A stretch of 64,000 bases of DNA from Chiloscyllium plagiosum (taxonomy: Eukaryota): contig NC_057750.1 in NCBI RefSeq assembly GCF_004010195.1, positions 1,510,417-1,574,416 of the forward strand, read 5' to 3'. Each line of letters starts with the position of its first letter. Position 1 is the stretch's first letter. The position numbers and the translations under genes are program-made. A model generated the notes under the pieces. It saw nothing but the letters and a program-made list of their open reading frames with translations. It was not told where the DNA came from and searched no databases. This document shows positions 12,013-23,989 of this stretch, one piece after another.

Positions 12013-12290
12013 ATCATAGAACCCCTGAAGTGTGGAAGCAGGCCATTCAGCCTGAGGCTGCACCGATCCTTTGGAGAGTTTCCCAACCAGACCCACTCTG
12101 CACTTCCCACCACTAACTTACACACCCCTGGACACTATGGGCACTTTCCCGTGGCCAATCCATCCACCCTAACCTGTGGGAGGTAACCCACACAGACACA
12201 GGGAGAATATGCAAACTCCACACAGACAGTCACCTGAAGGGGGGATTGAACCTGGGTTCCTGGTGCTGTGAGGCCACAGAACTAGCCACC
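12013..12290 (-). mobile_element. HE1-type SINE, degenerate
   Basis: Reverse V-domain CACAGGGAGAATATGCAAACTCCACACAGACAG. Confidence 0.85.
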
Positions 12291-12321
12291 CTGCAATCCT
12301 GGAAATGTTACCAATTGCACT

Positions 12322-12394
12322 TGAGCTAGGTGGGATTTGAACCTACAACCTTCTGATTGGAAGGCAGAAGCGTTATCCATTACACCACTGACCC
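12322..12394 (-). pseudogene. tRNA-Arg-like pseudogene (nominal anticodon TCC)
   Basis: GGGTCAGTGGTGTAATGGATAACGCTTCTGCCTTCCAATCAGAAGGTTGTAGGTTCAAATCCCACCTAGCTCA folds into a 73-nt cloverleaf with one mismatch each in the acceptor, anticodon and T stems; A and B boxes present. Confidence 0.75.
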
Positions 12395-15235
12395 CACATC
12401 AAAGTTCAGTCACAATGGCCTGAAATCACACAGGGGGGAACTGGAGCCTGGTAAAAATTCTCACCTTCTGTCAGACGAAGAGGGAGTAAAGAAGATGTTT
12501 AAAGGTACATCTTGCTGTTTGCCTGAAGCAGTGTGGTTTGACTAAGCTGCAGAAATTTGGCTGAGCACTGGTCACTGCTTTGCATGGAATTATAATTTAT
12601 TTCCAGATTTCCTCAAATATTAAATCAACAATACGTTTTTTTTTTAAGGTGTGCAGAATATAACTGGAGGATAATTGCGCTTCTTTCTGCCTGCTTAACC
12701 ATGTGTTAAATTAAGAAATTAGATTGAAATTAGGAACCTTATACCAGCTGGGTCCTGCTTTCTTACAAACAGAGCAGAATGTATTGCAGTGTCTGCTGTT
12801 AGTACACAAACTATAGGCAACTGGTTGTTGGGACGACCCATTAACCAGGTACGTTATTAAAACTAGTGCGATTGGTCAAAGATCATATGAACATCAGAAT
12901 TAGTAGCAAGCATGGTCCATTCAGCCCCTTGAGCCTGCTCTGTGATTGGATACAATCTGATGGTGGCCTGCACTGAAAGATTTAGAAGGGAAACCTTTGT
13001 ATCTATTTGTCAGAGACAGTGATCAGAAAGTTTACTGCATTAATATTGCAACTGTGACATCATATCAGTTCCAATGCACACTGCCTGGCTCTTTCTTTCA
13101 CCTGCCTGCGTTTCTTTGTGCGTTATTTGACTGTGTATGGTCTGCATGTTGCCTCCTTGTGTTGACTTAGATTGAATTGGAACTGAATTGACAAATTTAG
13201 TCCAATTCTCTGTTTTCTATTAGTTAACCAATCCTCTCTCTATGCTAATATGCGACCACGGTCGCCATGAGCTCCGATCTGCAAATACATTCAACCTTTC
13301 ACCTGCTGTTACCTTTCAGGTCGCACCTTATTGCATGAAGATGAATCTAACAGGGCCCTGAATGATGGGAGCTGAGGTGAGAAATCTGGGTGAATCATGG
13401 GGGACACTCAGCAAGGTCTATCCAGGAACATTGGAGCAGGAGTGGGCTATTCAGTCCCTCAAGACTGTTCCATCCTTCAATTTGAGCTATGGCCTACCAT
13501 GGCCTATATCCCATATCTCCACACTGGGAGCAACTAGCTTCATTTTCTGACAGAGATGCTCTCTAGAGATCAGCAAGCTGACTGTTACGGGAGATTATTG
13601 CTTGTTACTGGTCTCATTATCTGCAGATTCCACTTTATTTACATCCAACCATCCACCGCGGGGAAACTAGACTTTGACAAGTCTCAACGCAGTTTCCCAG
13701 GTATCTGGTGACCCTCGCTCACCCCCTGCTCCCTCAGACTTCCACTTGGAGCACCCAGTTACAGCATCTCGAGGCAACGTCAATGAGCATTGTGGCAGTC
13801 CCCACCGATACCAACCCACAGAATCGGGCACTGTCAGTCTGTCACTGGGGAGGTCAAAGTGAGGGGCCTCTCCTTGGAAGGGGCGAGGAGCTGAATGTTA
13901 GGCAGCCCATGGCCCACTTCCAGTAGTAGAGACAGAGCGAGTGTGAGGCAGCAAAGATAGAAATCAGGAGCTGAACAGTCCCTACAGAGCTAGAACAGAC
14001 ACTGAAGTCTACACCTTCAAGAACAAACAGGAATTGAAGTTGTTTTGGATTGGAGGCATAAAAGAGTCACCAATAAAAATGTGCAGGTCATGATATTTTA
14101 ACCCTGTATGAAGGAGAGGCAGTGCAATGTTAGTAATGGATATGCTAATGTTCCACCAGATGCTGCTGGGCCCATTTTCACATCCATTTCGAGCGAGGTG
14201 TCACCCAAGCTGTGATTGTCTAGTTTACGGTGAAGCTGATTTTATTTCTCCAGAGGCTGCTTTTCTGAAATCGAAGTCAGGCTCTCTGGTGAACAGGGAC
14301 TGCACCATCTAGTAATGGCACAGGCACCTCAACCTGACACCTAAAGGACATGACCCTGGAATTAATCCAACTCTGACAGCAATGTCACTGAGAGGTCAGA
14401 GATCAGCACAGTGTTAAAGTCTGCCATCCCTTCCCCTCTCTGTAACGGTTTCCAGTCCCACAACCCTCTACACTCCTCCAAACCTGGTCAGTAGCCTTTC
14501 CCTGGTTTTAATCCACTCCTCTACCACTAGGTGCAAGTGCCTTCAGTAACCTGGACCCTACACTCTGATCAGTTATTAACATATCAGAGGGTGAAGCAGG
14601 CTTGAAGGGTTGAATGGCCTACTAAGGCTGTTATGCTCCTATATCTTGTATGTGGTCCACTTACACAGTGATGTCCAGAAATATTGCCCTAACTAATGAT
14701 TGCTTTATAGATCATCAAAGAGTGGGAGGATATGAATGTGGGGTGTGCTTCAATGTATTCCCTAAACAATAATTTCCTCTCAGAATGAAAGGCTAAATTC
14801 ATTAATTGGTTTTTAAATGTGACTTTATTTGCAAAAAAGGAAATTTTCAGAGTGGCTTAATCAGCTTAAGAGGCAGCCTATAATCTAGCAGGGCAGCTAT
14901 TAAATGGATTAACTTGCTGACAGGATAAAGACATTAGAGGTACATTGACTCGGTAAATAAAGAGAATCTTGCTTTTCAAATCCACTGCTTGAGATGTGCC
15001 CATTCACAGGCAATGAGATACTTTTGAGCCATGCTCCCTGTTAGAATGTAGAAACACAACAACCAGTTTACACATAGCAAGCCTCATAGGCTGCATTGCG
15101 TTGGCAGCCCGAGAATCCGAGAAACATTGATCATCATAACCAGCCTGCTCTCCTCCTCGATAGTGTCCTGAAAGAAAGGTGTGGAATGGGGCATATATCC
15201 AGAGGAAAGAGTGCTATCAACACAGCCCAAGGATT

Positions 15236-15480
15236 AGTTTTGATTTAATTTATTGTCGTCATGTGTACCTGAGTACAGTGAAAAATGTTGTTTTGTGAGT
15301 AGTCCAGGCAGATCATAGCAAACAAGGATATACAGGTCATAGGATGCTGAGGCAGAGTGAGGAATACAGGGTTACAGCTGCACAGGGCATGTGAGAAACA
15401 AGATCAAGGATTATCTGAGGTTAGAGAGGTCCATTCAGCCGTCTGATAACGGCAGGGAAGAAGCTGTTCCTGTACCTGTC
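15236..15480 (-). mobile_element. Rex1/Babar-type LINE 3' UTR fragment
   Basis: Reverse complement of the tail at 48300-48545. Confidence 0.8.
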
Positions 15481-15695
15481 TGTGATTCAAACAATTGAAA
15501 TGGATGTGACATGAACATTTAAACATCAACATTTTTCCAGAGGTTAAAATGATTATCATCTCATTTCCATGTCCTGGAACAATCTCAGGGCTGAACAGAC
15601 CTGATTTTAACAATGTCCCCAGACTGTTTCGAGTGCAGATTAGTTCAAGGTGGACACTAAGCTTGAAAGGGACATTAAAGGGAAGCGATGACCTT

Positions 15696-17075
15696 GTGGT
15701 ATCATTGCTAGGTATTAATTTGGAGACTTCCCCAGGTAATGTCTAAGATCCTGGTTCAAATCCAGTCATAGCAGATGGTGGAATTTGAATTCAATTTTTA
15801 AATGATGGTCGTGAATCCATTGGCGATTGTTCATGAAAAGCGCCCCACCTGATTTCAGAAGAGACAGGAAGAACTAACCATTTGGATACAGAACTGACTT
15901 GAAGGTAGAAGACAGAGGGTGGTGATGGAGGGTTGTTTCTCAGACTGGAGGCCTGTGACCAGTGGAGTGCCACAAGGATCAGTGCTGGATTCACTACTTT
16001 TTGTCATTTATATAAATGATTTGGATGTGAACATAGGAGGTATGGTTAGTAAGTTTGCAGAGGACACCAAAATTGGAGGTGTAGTGGACAGCGAAGAAGG
16101 TTACCTCAGATTACAACAGGATCTTGACCAGATGGGCCAATGGGCTGAGAAGTGGCAGATGGAGTTTAATTCAGATAAATGCAAGGTGCTGCATTTTGGG
16201 AAAGCAAATTTTAGCAGGACTTATACACTTAATGGTAAGGTCCTAAGGGGTGTTGCTGAACAAAAAGACCTTGGAGTGCAGGTTCATAGCTCCTTGAAAT
16301 GGGAGTCGCAGATAAATAGGATAGTGAAAAAGGTGTTTTCTATGCTTTCCTTTATTGGTCAAAGCATTGAGTGTAGGAGTTGGGAGGTCATGTTGTCGCT
16401 GTACAGGACATTGGTTAGGCCACTGTTGGAATATTGCATTCAATTCTGGTCTCCTTCCTATCAGAAGGATGTTGTGAAACTTGAAAGGGTTCAGTAAAGA
16501 TTTACAAAGATGTTGCCAGGGTTGGAGGAATTGAGCTATAGGGAGAGGTTGAATAGGCTGGGGCTGTTTTCCCTGGAGTGTTAGAGACTGAGGAGTGACC
16601 TTATCGAGGTTTATAAAATCACGAGGAGCATGGATAGGGTAAATAGACAAAGTCTTTTCTCTGGGTTTGGGGAGTCCAGAACTAGAGGGCATAGGTTTAG
16701 GGTGGGAGGGTAAAGATATGAAAGGTATCTAAGGGTCAACGTTTTCACGCAGAGGATGGTACATGTTTTGGAATGAGCTACCAGAGGAAGTGGCATATGG
16801 ATGGATAAATGGATAGGAAGGGTTTGGAGGGAAATGAGCCAAGTGCTGGCAGGTGGGACTAGATTGGGTTGGGCTATCTGGTCAGCATGGATGAGTTGGA
16901 CCGAAGAGTCTGTTTCCATACTGTACAGCTCTATGATTCTATGATGTTCTTACCCAGTGTCGTCTACATGTGACTCCAGACCCACAGTGATGTAGTTGAT
17001 GCTTAACTGCCTGAGTAATTAAGGATGGGTAATAAATGCTGGCCTAGTCAGCAATGCCATGTCCCTTGAATGAAC
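15696..17075 (+). mobile_element. SINE-like element related to the second LINE family, split by a CR1 insertion (pieces 15696-15860 and 16950-17075)
   Basis: B-box GGTTCAAATCC and GCAGATGGTGGAATTTGAATTCA before the CR1; CTACATGTGACTCCAGACCCACAG...GGATGGGTAATAAATGCTGGCC after it. Confidence 0.7.
15865..16945 (+). mobile_element. CR1/HER1-like LINE 3' ~1.1 kb
   Basis: ORF 15919..16497 GVPQGSVL...WAEKWQMEFNSDKCKVLHFG...LVRPLLEYCIQFWSP; CTCTATGATTCTATG tail. Confidence 0.95.
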
Positions 17076-17859
17076 CAAATCAATTCAGAAATGTCTCGTT
17101 CATACACTTGAAATAAAAGATTTCATCTGATCCCTTGAACCTGCTGCAGGATTCACGGAGATCACCTTTGGTGTTGGACTCTATCGTCCTCCCTGATTGC
17201 CCCCTCCCTCTCCTGGATTCTTTAATATCCCTGACTCACAATAAAAAACCCTGTAAATCACAGTTTTGCAGTATTTAATCGACCCTAGGCCTCAAAAGCT
17301 TTTTGAGAAGCTGTATTCCCTGAGAACATCTTTGGAATCTGAGAAACAGTAACAGGAGCAAATCATTCATGGAGAGCTCAGTTTGCTGTTTATATTCTGG
17401 AACTCATAGCTCAACGACAACATGCACATCGAAATAAATAGAATCCGTGCAATAAATAATTTGTTTTTGGTTATAACTCACTCACTTTACTTCTGTTTGC
17501 ATAATGTCTATTTGTAGGATTGAACAGATGAACGGTTGATGAGTTTTGGGAGCAGCTAATTGTGGTCAGTTAAGCAGTAAATTGGACATTAACTAACTTT
17601 TGCAATCCAAGGGTTGTGAAAGGGCTTTAAGCAGACACCGTCAAATAGTGCTTTATCCTTCCTAACTCCAGCTGCTGAACAAGAGCCCAAACCCACTCCA
17701 GCCGGGTAACATGACCAAGTTCTATGTTGCAATATCATCATGGCAGTTTTCATCAACTGGGATATGGGCATCTCTGACTGAGCCAGTATTTTTTACCCTT
17801 CCCCAACTCCCCTTGTGTTTCCTTCAACCGCTGCAGTACACCGACAGTGCTATTAGAGA

Positions 17860-18500
17860 GGTTCAGAATTTTGACCCAGCAACAGTGCAGCAATGGTGAG
17901 ATATTCCATGATGTGGAGGCGCAGGTGTCAGACTGGGGAGGTGGACAAAGACTGAAGTCACATGACACCAGGTTATAGTCTAACAGGTTTTTTTGAAATC
18001 ACAAGCTGTTGGAGCACTGCCCCTTCATCGGTTAAGGGAGCTGACAAAGGAGCAGCCCTGTGAAAGCTTGTGATTTCAAATAAATCTGTTGGACGATAGC
18101 CAAGTCAGGATGGTGAGGGATTTGGAGGGGAACTTGCAGAGGGTGGCGTTCCCATGTATTTGCTGCCCTTGTCATTGTAGATGGAAGTGGCCGTGGGTTT
18201 GGAAGGTGCTGTCTGAGGATCTTTGGTGAATTTCTGCAGTGCATCTTGTAGATGGTACACACTGCTGCTACTGAGCGTCGGTGGGGGAGGGAGTGGGTGT
18301 TTGTGGATGTGGAGCCAATCAAGTGGGGGCTGCTTTGTCCTGGATGGCATTGAGCTTCTTGAGTGTTGTTGGGGCTGCCCCCATCCAGGGCAAGTGGGTA
18401 GTATTCCATCACACTCCTGACTTGTGCCTTGTAGATGGTGAACAGGCTTTGGGGAGTCAGGAGGGGAGTTGCTCGCTGCAGGATTCCCAGCCTCTGACCT
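17860..18500 (-). mobile_element. Second LINE family (CR1/L2 group) ORF2 C-terminal fragment
   Basis: Reverse strand encodes TIYKAQVRSVMEYYPLA...HRRSVAAVCTIYKMHC...RQHLP. Confidence 0.85.
17909..18100. mobile_element. Fold-back Penelope-derived insert (family of 30848 and 54600), degenerate
   Basis: AACAGGTTTTTTTGAAATCACAAGC...CTTCATC and its reverse complement GCTTGTGATTTCAAATAAATCTGTTGGAC. Confidence 0.7.
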
Positions 18501-18614
18501 GCTCAGTTTGTCTGATTTCAAAGCATTTCAGAATATCCAATTGGACTCAGCTCAAGTGGGTAAGTGCTACATTAACTTTCTCTGTAGACCACTCAATTTG
18601 TCAGCATTAATGAT

Positions 18615-18720
18615 ATGGGAATTTGGGGAAATTGGGAATTTGCAGAGACTGGGAATTTGCAGAGATTGGGGATTGAGGAGATTGGGGATTGGGGGAGATT
18701 GGGGATTGGGGGAGATTGAA
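18615..18720 (+). repeat. G-rich short tandem repeat (GGGAATT/GGGGATT units)
   Basis: Directly visible. Confidence 0.85.
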
Positions 18721-18989
18721 GGATGATGCCCGGGATGATAAAAGTCCCAGTCCTTCCTGGGTTTGCTCCAGTTTGCAGTGATTTCTTTGCAGACCCCAAC
18801 CCTCTGCCCAGTGACAGCCATTGGTTATTTCACTCAGTCAGTGCTTCATCAGAAAGTTGTCAGTTCCAGCCCCGCCCTAGTGACTGAACCCCAAAACCCA
18901 GGCTGACATTGCCTGTGCATTGCCGAAGAGGTGCCACACTGTTGGAGATGCCCTCTGTCCGGTGGCATTTTCACCCAGGTCCTACCTGC

Positions 18990-19535
18990 CTTCTCAGAAT
19001 CCATTGGGACCTGTGTGGGATGTCTCAATTGGCCCACCCTTGAATGTATCAAGGCTGTTACTGCCGTACTTTGTGCTAGACCACATCACTTCCCCTCAAT
19101 TCCTTGTGACCAGGTCAGTGCTGCATTGGGATTTGCTGACATGGCTAACGTCCCCCCCAGGTGCAGGATGCAATTGCCTACACAAGCATTACACCAAGAG
19201 GATTGTATAGCATCGGTAGAAATGGGCATTATTCCATCAAATTGTAAGTCACCAATATTCATCGATACCCCCTCACATAGATCTGCATTAGGTATCTGTG
19301 ATGCCTATATCCTGGAAAACTCTTCAATTGTTGCTTCCTTTGATGCCTTACCAGGATAGTTACTGGGGGACAAGGGCTATCCTCTGCAATCACAGCTGAT
19401 GACAGCAAGGCGCCAGCCTCCTCCAGCAGCGTCATGGTGGAGTAGGTGATACTCCTCCTGAAGATGAGGTTCCAATTGGATCATTCTCCGGAAAAGGGAG
19501 TGCCTTCAGTAACTCTTGTCTGTGCGCTGCACCGT
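18990..19535 (+). mobile_element. Harbinger/PIF DNA transposon transposase fossil (HARBI1-like)
   Basis: Frameshifted peptides CIKAVTAVLCAR, GFADMA..PQVQDAI, DAYILENS, G*LLGDKGYPLQSQLMT, HSPEK..VCALH occur in the order of HARBI1-family motifs. Confidence 0.75.
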
Positions 19536-19754
19536 CCCAGCATGTCTTGCCCTGCACAAACTAGAGTAGGCAACAGGAGTTCATGATGGAGGCTGACAGC
19601 AGGGGCAGTGGGATCACGAGAAAGATTACCTTCAGCAGGCACAGCAGTAACACATCGAATGGGATTAGAAATGTGTTTGTGGGATATGAGCATCACTGGC
19701 TAGGCCAGTGTTTATTACCCACAGGGCAGGCAGCTGTCATAGGAAATGGACAGT

Positions 19755-20000
19755 TTGATCCGTGTTGACCATAATCCCAAACTAAACTAGTCCCAGCTGC
19801 CTGCTCCCGGCCCATATCCCTCCAACCTTTCCTATTCATGTCCTTATCCAAATCTGTTTTAAATGTAACTGCACCCACATCCACCACTTCCTGTGGAAGT
19901 CCATTCCATACACGAACCACTCTCTGTGTAAAAACAAATTACCCCTCATGTCTTTTTAAAATCTTCCTCCTTTTACCTTGAAAAGTTGCCCCCTAGTTTA
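19755..20000 (-). mobile_element. CR1-type LINE 3' fragment
   Basis: ORF 19693..19920(-) VRVWNGLPQEVVD...FKTDLDKDMNRKG. Confidence 0.85.
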
Positions 20001-20051
20001 GAAGTTTAACCTGCTGAATAGCTGAGGCGATGAAGAACAGACATGTCAAAC

Positions 20052-20119
20052 GTGTAACGTGTCGTGATTGTAATGTGTAACGTGTAGTGATTGTAATGTG
20101 TAACGTGTAGTGATTGTAA
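20052..20119 (+). repeat. 23-bp tandem repeat, 3 copies (GTGTAACGTGTAGTGATTGTAAT)
   Basis: Directly visible. Confidence 0.9.
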
Positions 20120-20455
20120 CAAGATAAGCCAACTGGACCTCACAGAATGGAGCCTGTTTCAAGGAAGGGTCACTGAACCCGAAACATTAACTCTGATTTC
20201 TCTCCACACATGCTGCCAAACCTGCTGAGCTTTTCCAACAACTTCTGTTTCTGCTTCTTATAGAATCTGAGTTCCCTGACTGGGGCTGTCTATCTGGCCC
20301 AATCAGGTAGCCCCAACTGGCAGATAAAAAGGAGGAGTATCAAAGATTCTGACGCTATGGTACCTGACTCTGAATGGGGTAGTACTCCAGGCAAAGTCTG
20401 TGTAAATAAATGGTGACTCGGTGATTGGATACCCTGCCTCGGTGGAGTTATTTCA
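20115..20455 (+). mobile_element. Probable solo LTR with a Penelope-derived insert at ~20160-20257
   Basis: TGTAA...TTTCA ends; CCAATC, TATA-like GATAAAAA and AATAAA in LTR order; 3' end repeated at 4424-4474. Confidence 0.6.
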
Positions 20456-20589
20456 AAATATTAACACTGCTTCTGCCTCCACTGATGCTGCTGTCTTCAT
20501 CCAGCACTTTCTGTTTTTGTTATACATTGAGAATATTTGGGATGTGTATCCATATAGGTTTGATGAAGACAAGTTGGATCTGTACTCAT

Positions 20590-21340
20590 ATAGTCATAGA
20601 GTTGTGCAGCATGGAAACAGACCCTTCGGTCCAACTCGCCCATGCTGACCAGATATCCTAAACTGATCTAGCCCCATTTGCCAGCACTTGGCCCATATCC
20701 CTCTAAACCCTTCTTATTCATATACCCATCCAGATACCTTTTAAATGCTGTAATTGTACCACTTCCTCTGGTAGCTCATTCCGTACAAGCACCACTCTCT
20801 CTGTGTGAAAGAGTTGTTCCTCAGGTCCCTTTTAAATCATTCCCCTCTCACCCTAAACCTATGCCACCACCACTTGGACTCCCGGACTCCAGGGAAAAAA
20901 CTTTGTCTATTTATCCAATCCATGCCCCTCATGATTTTGTAAACCTCTATAAGGTCACCCCTCAGCCTCTAACGCTCCAATGAAAACAGCCCCAGCCTGT
21001 TCAGCCTCTCCCTGTAGCTCAAACCCTCCAACCCTGGCAACATCCTTGTAAATCTTTTCTGAACCCTTTCAAGTTTTGCAACATCTTTCCTATAGCAGAA
21101 TACCAGAATTGCACGCAATATTCCAACAGTGGCCTAACCAATGTCCTGTACAGCCACAACATAACCTCCCAACTCCTGTACTCGATGCTCTGATCAATAA
21201 AGGAAAGCATACCAAATGCCGCCTTCACTATCCTATCTACCTGCAACTCCACTTTCAAGGAACTATAAACTTGCACTCCAAGGTCTCTTTGTTCAGCAAC
21301 ACTCCCTCGGACCTTCCCATTAAGTAAAAGTCCTGCTCGT
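20590..21340 (-). mobile_element. CR1/HER1-like LINE 3' fragment
   Basis: ORF 21019..21276(-) QVDRIVKAAFGMLSFI...[17 protein letters not shown]. Confidence 0.95.
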
Positions 21341-21349
21341 ATAGATTCT

Positions 21350-21765
21350 GTTCTGTACTCGTTGGAATATCAAAGAGTGAGAGGCAACCTTATTGAAACA
21401 TACCAGATTCTCGGGGGATTTGATGAGGCAGATGTGGAAAGGTTCTTTCCCCTCATGGGAGCTTTTAGGACCAGGAGGTGTTATCTCAGCATAAGGAGTT
21501 GCCCATTTGAAAGGGAGAAGAGGATGACTTTCTTCTCTCGGAGGGGAGAGAATCTGGAGAATTCCTTATCACAGAGGGGCTAAGTCATTCAGTATATTCA
21601 AGGCTGAGACGGAGAGATTTTTAATCAGGAAGGGGCTCGAAGGTTATGGGGAAAAGGCAGGACAGTGGAGTTAAGTATGATCAGATCAACCATGAGCTTA
21701 TCGAACATGGAGCAGATCAATGGGCTGAGTGGTCTATATCTGCTCCAATGTCTCATGTCCTATTA
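21350..21765 (+). mobile_element. CR1-type LINE 3' end
   Basis: ORF 21362..21583 RVRGNLIETYQILGGFD..DVERFFPLMG. Confidence 0.85.
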
Positions 21766-22764
21766 TATTCTCTGTATTTGGTAACCATCTTTTATTTAAC
21801 TGTGAATATATGCATTCATTTCTTCAATCCATGAAATATAGTGTGTGCTTAAGATCTCACATCTTAGAAATTCGATTGGTGGTGTACTGAATCCAGAAAA
21901 CACACCATTGTAAGGAAGATCATTCTTAGTCGTCAGAGAATGCACATCTGTCAAGGGAATATTTGTCCAGGTTCCAGGTCTGACAGGACATTATCCACTT
22001 ACAGGAAACAAGTCAGGCACAAATAAATGAATAAAAGCTTCCTCTTCTATTGTCGTTCTCTTTCAAACTGACGAGGCTTCCCTGGGATTGGATGAAGACA
22101 GCTGAAACGCACAAGGATCCTCTGTGAACATACAAGAGGCAGATTTGTAGTAATTGACATCAAGCTCTGAATGAATGAAAGATAGTTTCACAATAAGACA
22201 GTAACCAATATTTACTCCCTGCAAAAAGCTGATTATAGACAACACATCACATTACAAACTTACACAAATTCACTGAGGTGCTATTAACAACCAATTTTAG
22301 GGGAAAAAAAATAGAAATTTCCATGAATAAGATCAGATCGGAGAATATTTATGCAGACGGCCTACATCAGTTCCTAGAATTGTTCAGATACAATGATTGA
22401 CTTTCTCCTAAGATCCTGAATGTCTGCAGTTATTCACTAACGCACCATGTAACACTGAAAAAGGCCGGGCTTTATCCCCAGTAGAATTCCTCGTTTCTTT
22501 GTTCTGTGCTGTTCTGAATTGCAGCTGTAGAATTTTACTGCACAGGAGAAGACCATTAGGCCCACAATTTCTGTATTCAAGCAAGATCAAACTGTTCCCA
22601 TGGCCCCACTCTATCTCCATAGCTCTGTATCAATCCCAAACACATACTACAGTCCAACTATCTCAACAACAACCTGCATTTACACAGCTCCTTCAACAGA
22701 ATATAGCACTCCACAGGTGTCTGGTAAGTGAAATTTAACACATAAGCCACATGGAAGATGAATC

Positions 22765-22990
22765 TGGAACTGAGAGACTAATAATGACTGTGAATCTATT
22801 GCCAATTATCAGAAAATCCCATCTGGGTCACTAATGTCCTTTAGGGAAGGAAACTGCCATCCTTACCTGACCTGGACTACATGTGACTCCAGACCCACAG
22901 CAATGGGGTTGACTCTTAACTGCCCTCTGGGCAATTAGGATGGGCAATAAATGCTGACCTAGACAGCAATGCCTTTGTCCTGTAGATGAA
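22765..22990 (+). mobile_element. SINE-like element sharing tail with the second LINE family
   Basis: CACTAATGTCCTTTAGGGAAGGAAACTGCCATCCTTACC...CTACATGTGACTCCAGACCCACAGC...GGATGGGCAATAAATGCTG. Confidence 0.8.
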
Positions 22991-23445
22991 TATCAGGACA
23001 AATAATCAAAAGCAAGATGAAAGAGGATGACTTTAATTGGCAATAGAAGGAGAGGGAGGGGAAAAAGTTTGGGAAGAATATTCTATGGGATAGAGACCCA
23101 AGCAGATAAAGTCAAACCTGTCAATGGTGAAGCAATTAAAATCTGAGATCTTCAAGGAGCCAGATTGAAAGGAGCACCGCGAGGGTTGTTAAATGTAGGA
23201 AATGGGGAGGTTGCGATAGACTGAAAAACACGGATGGGGAATTTTTCCACTGAGGAACTGCTTAATATGGAGCCACTGTAGTTCACTGAGCACAAAGGTC
23301 ATAGGTGAACGGAATTTGATGGTTCAATCAGTGTACACATTTCAGGGTTTCAGATGTCCTCAGGTTAATAACGGGAAGTGAGCCAGGGCAGAATCGGAAT
23401 AACCAATTGTTGATTTAATAAAGGATGAAGATTTCAGCAGCAAGA
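22991..23445 (-). mobile_element. Old L2-like LINE 3' fragment
   Basis: Purine-rich degenerate sequence resembling the antisense of an L2 3' end; recognised by pattern only. Confidence 0.4.
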
Positions 23446-23490
23446 CTTGGGAAAATGCTCCAAAGGGCTACAGTATTCGAAGAAGGCATC

Positions 23491-23790
23491 TCATAGAATC
23501 CTTACAGTGTGGAAGCAGGCCATTCAGCCCATCTAGTCCACACTGACCCTCCAAAGAGCATCCCATCCAGACCCACCACCTTATCCTATCCCTGTAACCC
23601 TGCATTCCCCATGGCTAACCCATCCTAACCTGCACATTTCCTCGGGCTGTGCTCCTGGGAAACCGGAGCACCTGGAGGAAACCCACGCAGATGCAAGGCA
23701 AATGTGTAAACTCCACACAGTCTCCTGAGGCTGGAATCAAATCTGGGTCCCTAGTGCTGAGAGGCAGCAGTGCTAACCACTGAACCACCA
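23491..23790 (-). mobile_element. HE1-type SINE
   Basis: Reverse strand TGGTTCAGTGGTTAGCACTGCTGCCTC head, V-domain and tail. Confidence 0.9.
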
Positions 23791-23989
23791 ACAATTTTCT
23801 AATTATTCAGTTGGAATAATTTCCTACTTCTCCTACCGTGTATGTTGGAGAAGCAGTCTGACATTTTAATACAATATCCCCTGAAATGATGCTATAAGGA
23901 CCATAGACAAACCATAAATTTATTTTCTGTTCCTTCCACAGGTTTGGAAATTTGAAAAATCTGGAAAGTTTGAAAAGTAAAAATAAGAA

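Noticed and set aside
12470..12850. Small plus-strand exon candidates (DEEGVKKMFK; AECIAVSAVSTQTIGNWLLGRPINQ)
   Set aside because: Splice-like motifs are present, but no recognisable protein and no consistent exon chain; compatible with chance.
15919..16497. Functional reverse transcriptase gene
   Set aside because: 5'-truncated CR1 with the catalytic FADD changed to FAED and a premature stop.
22003..22225. Minus-strand exon candidate with GTAAGT donor
   Set aside because: All three frames contain a stop between the plausible acceptors and the donor.
23942..23976. LRR-like micro-exon FGNLKNLESLK after a good acceptor
   Set aside because: Very short, weak donor, abuts a CR1, and has no supporting neighbouring exons.
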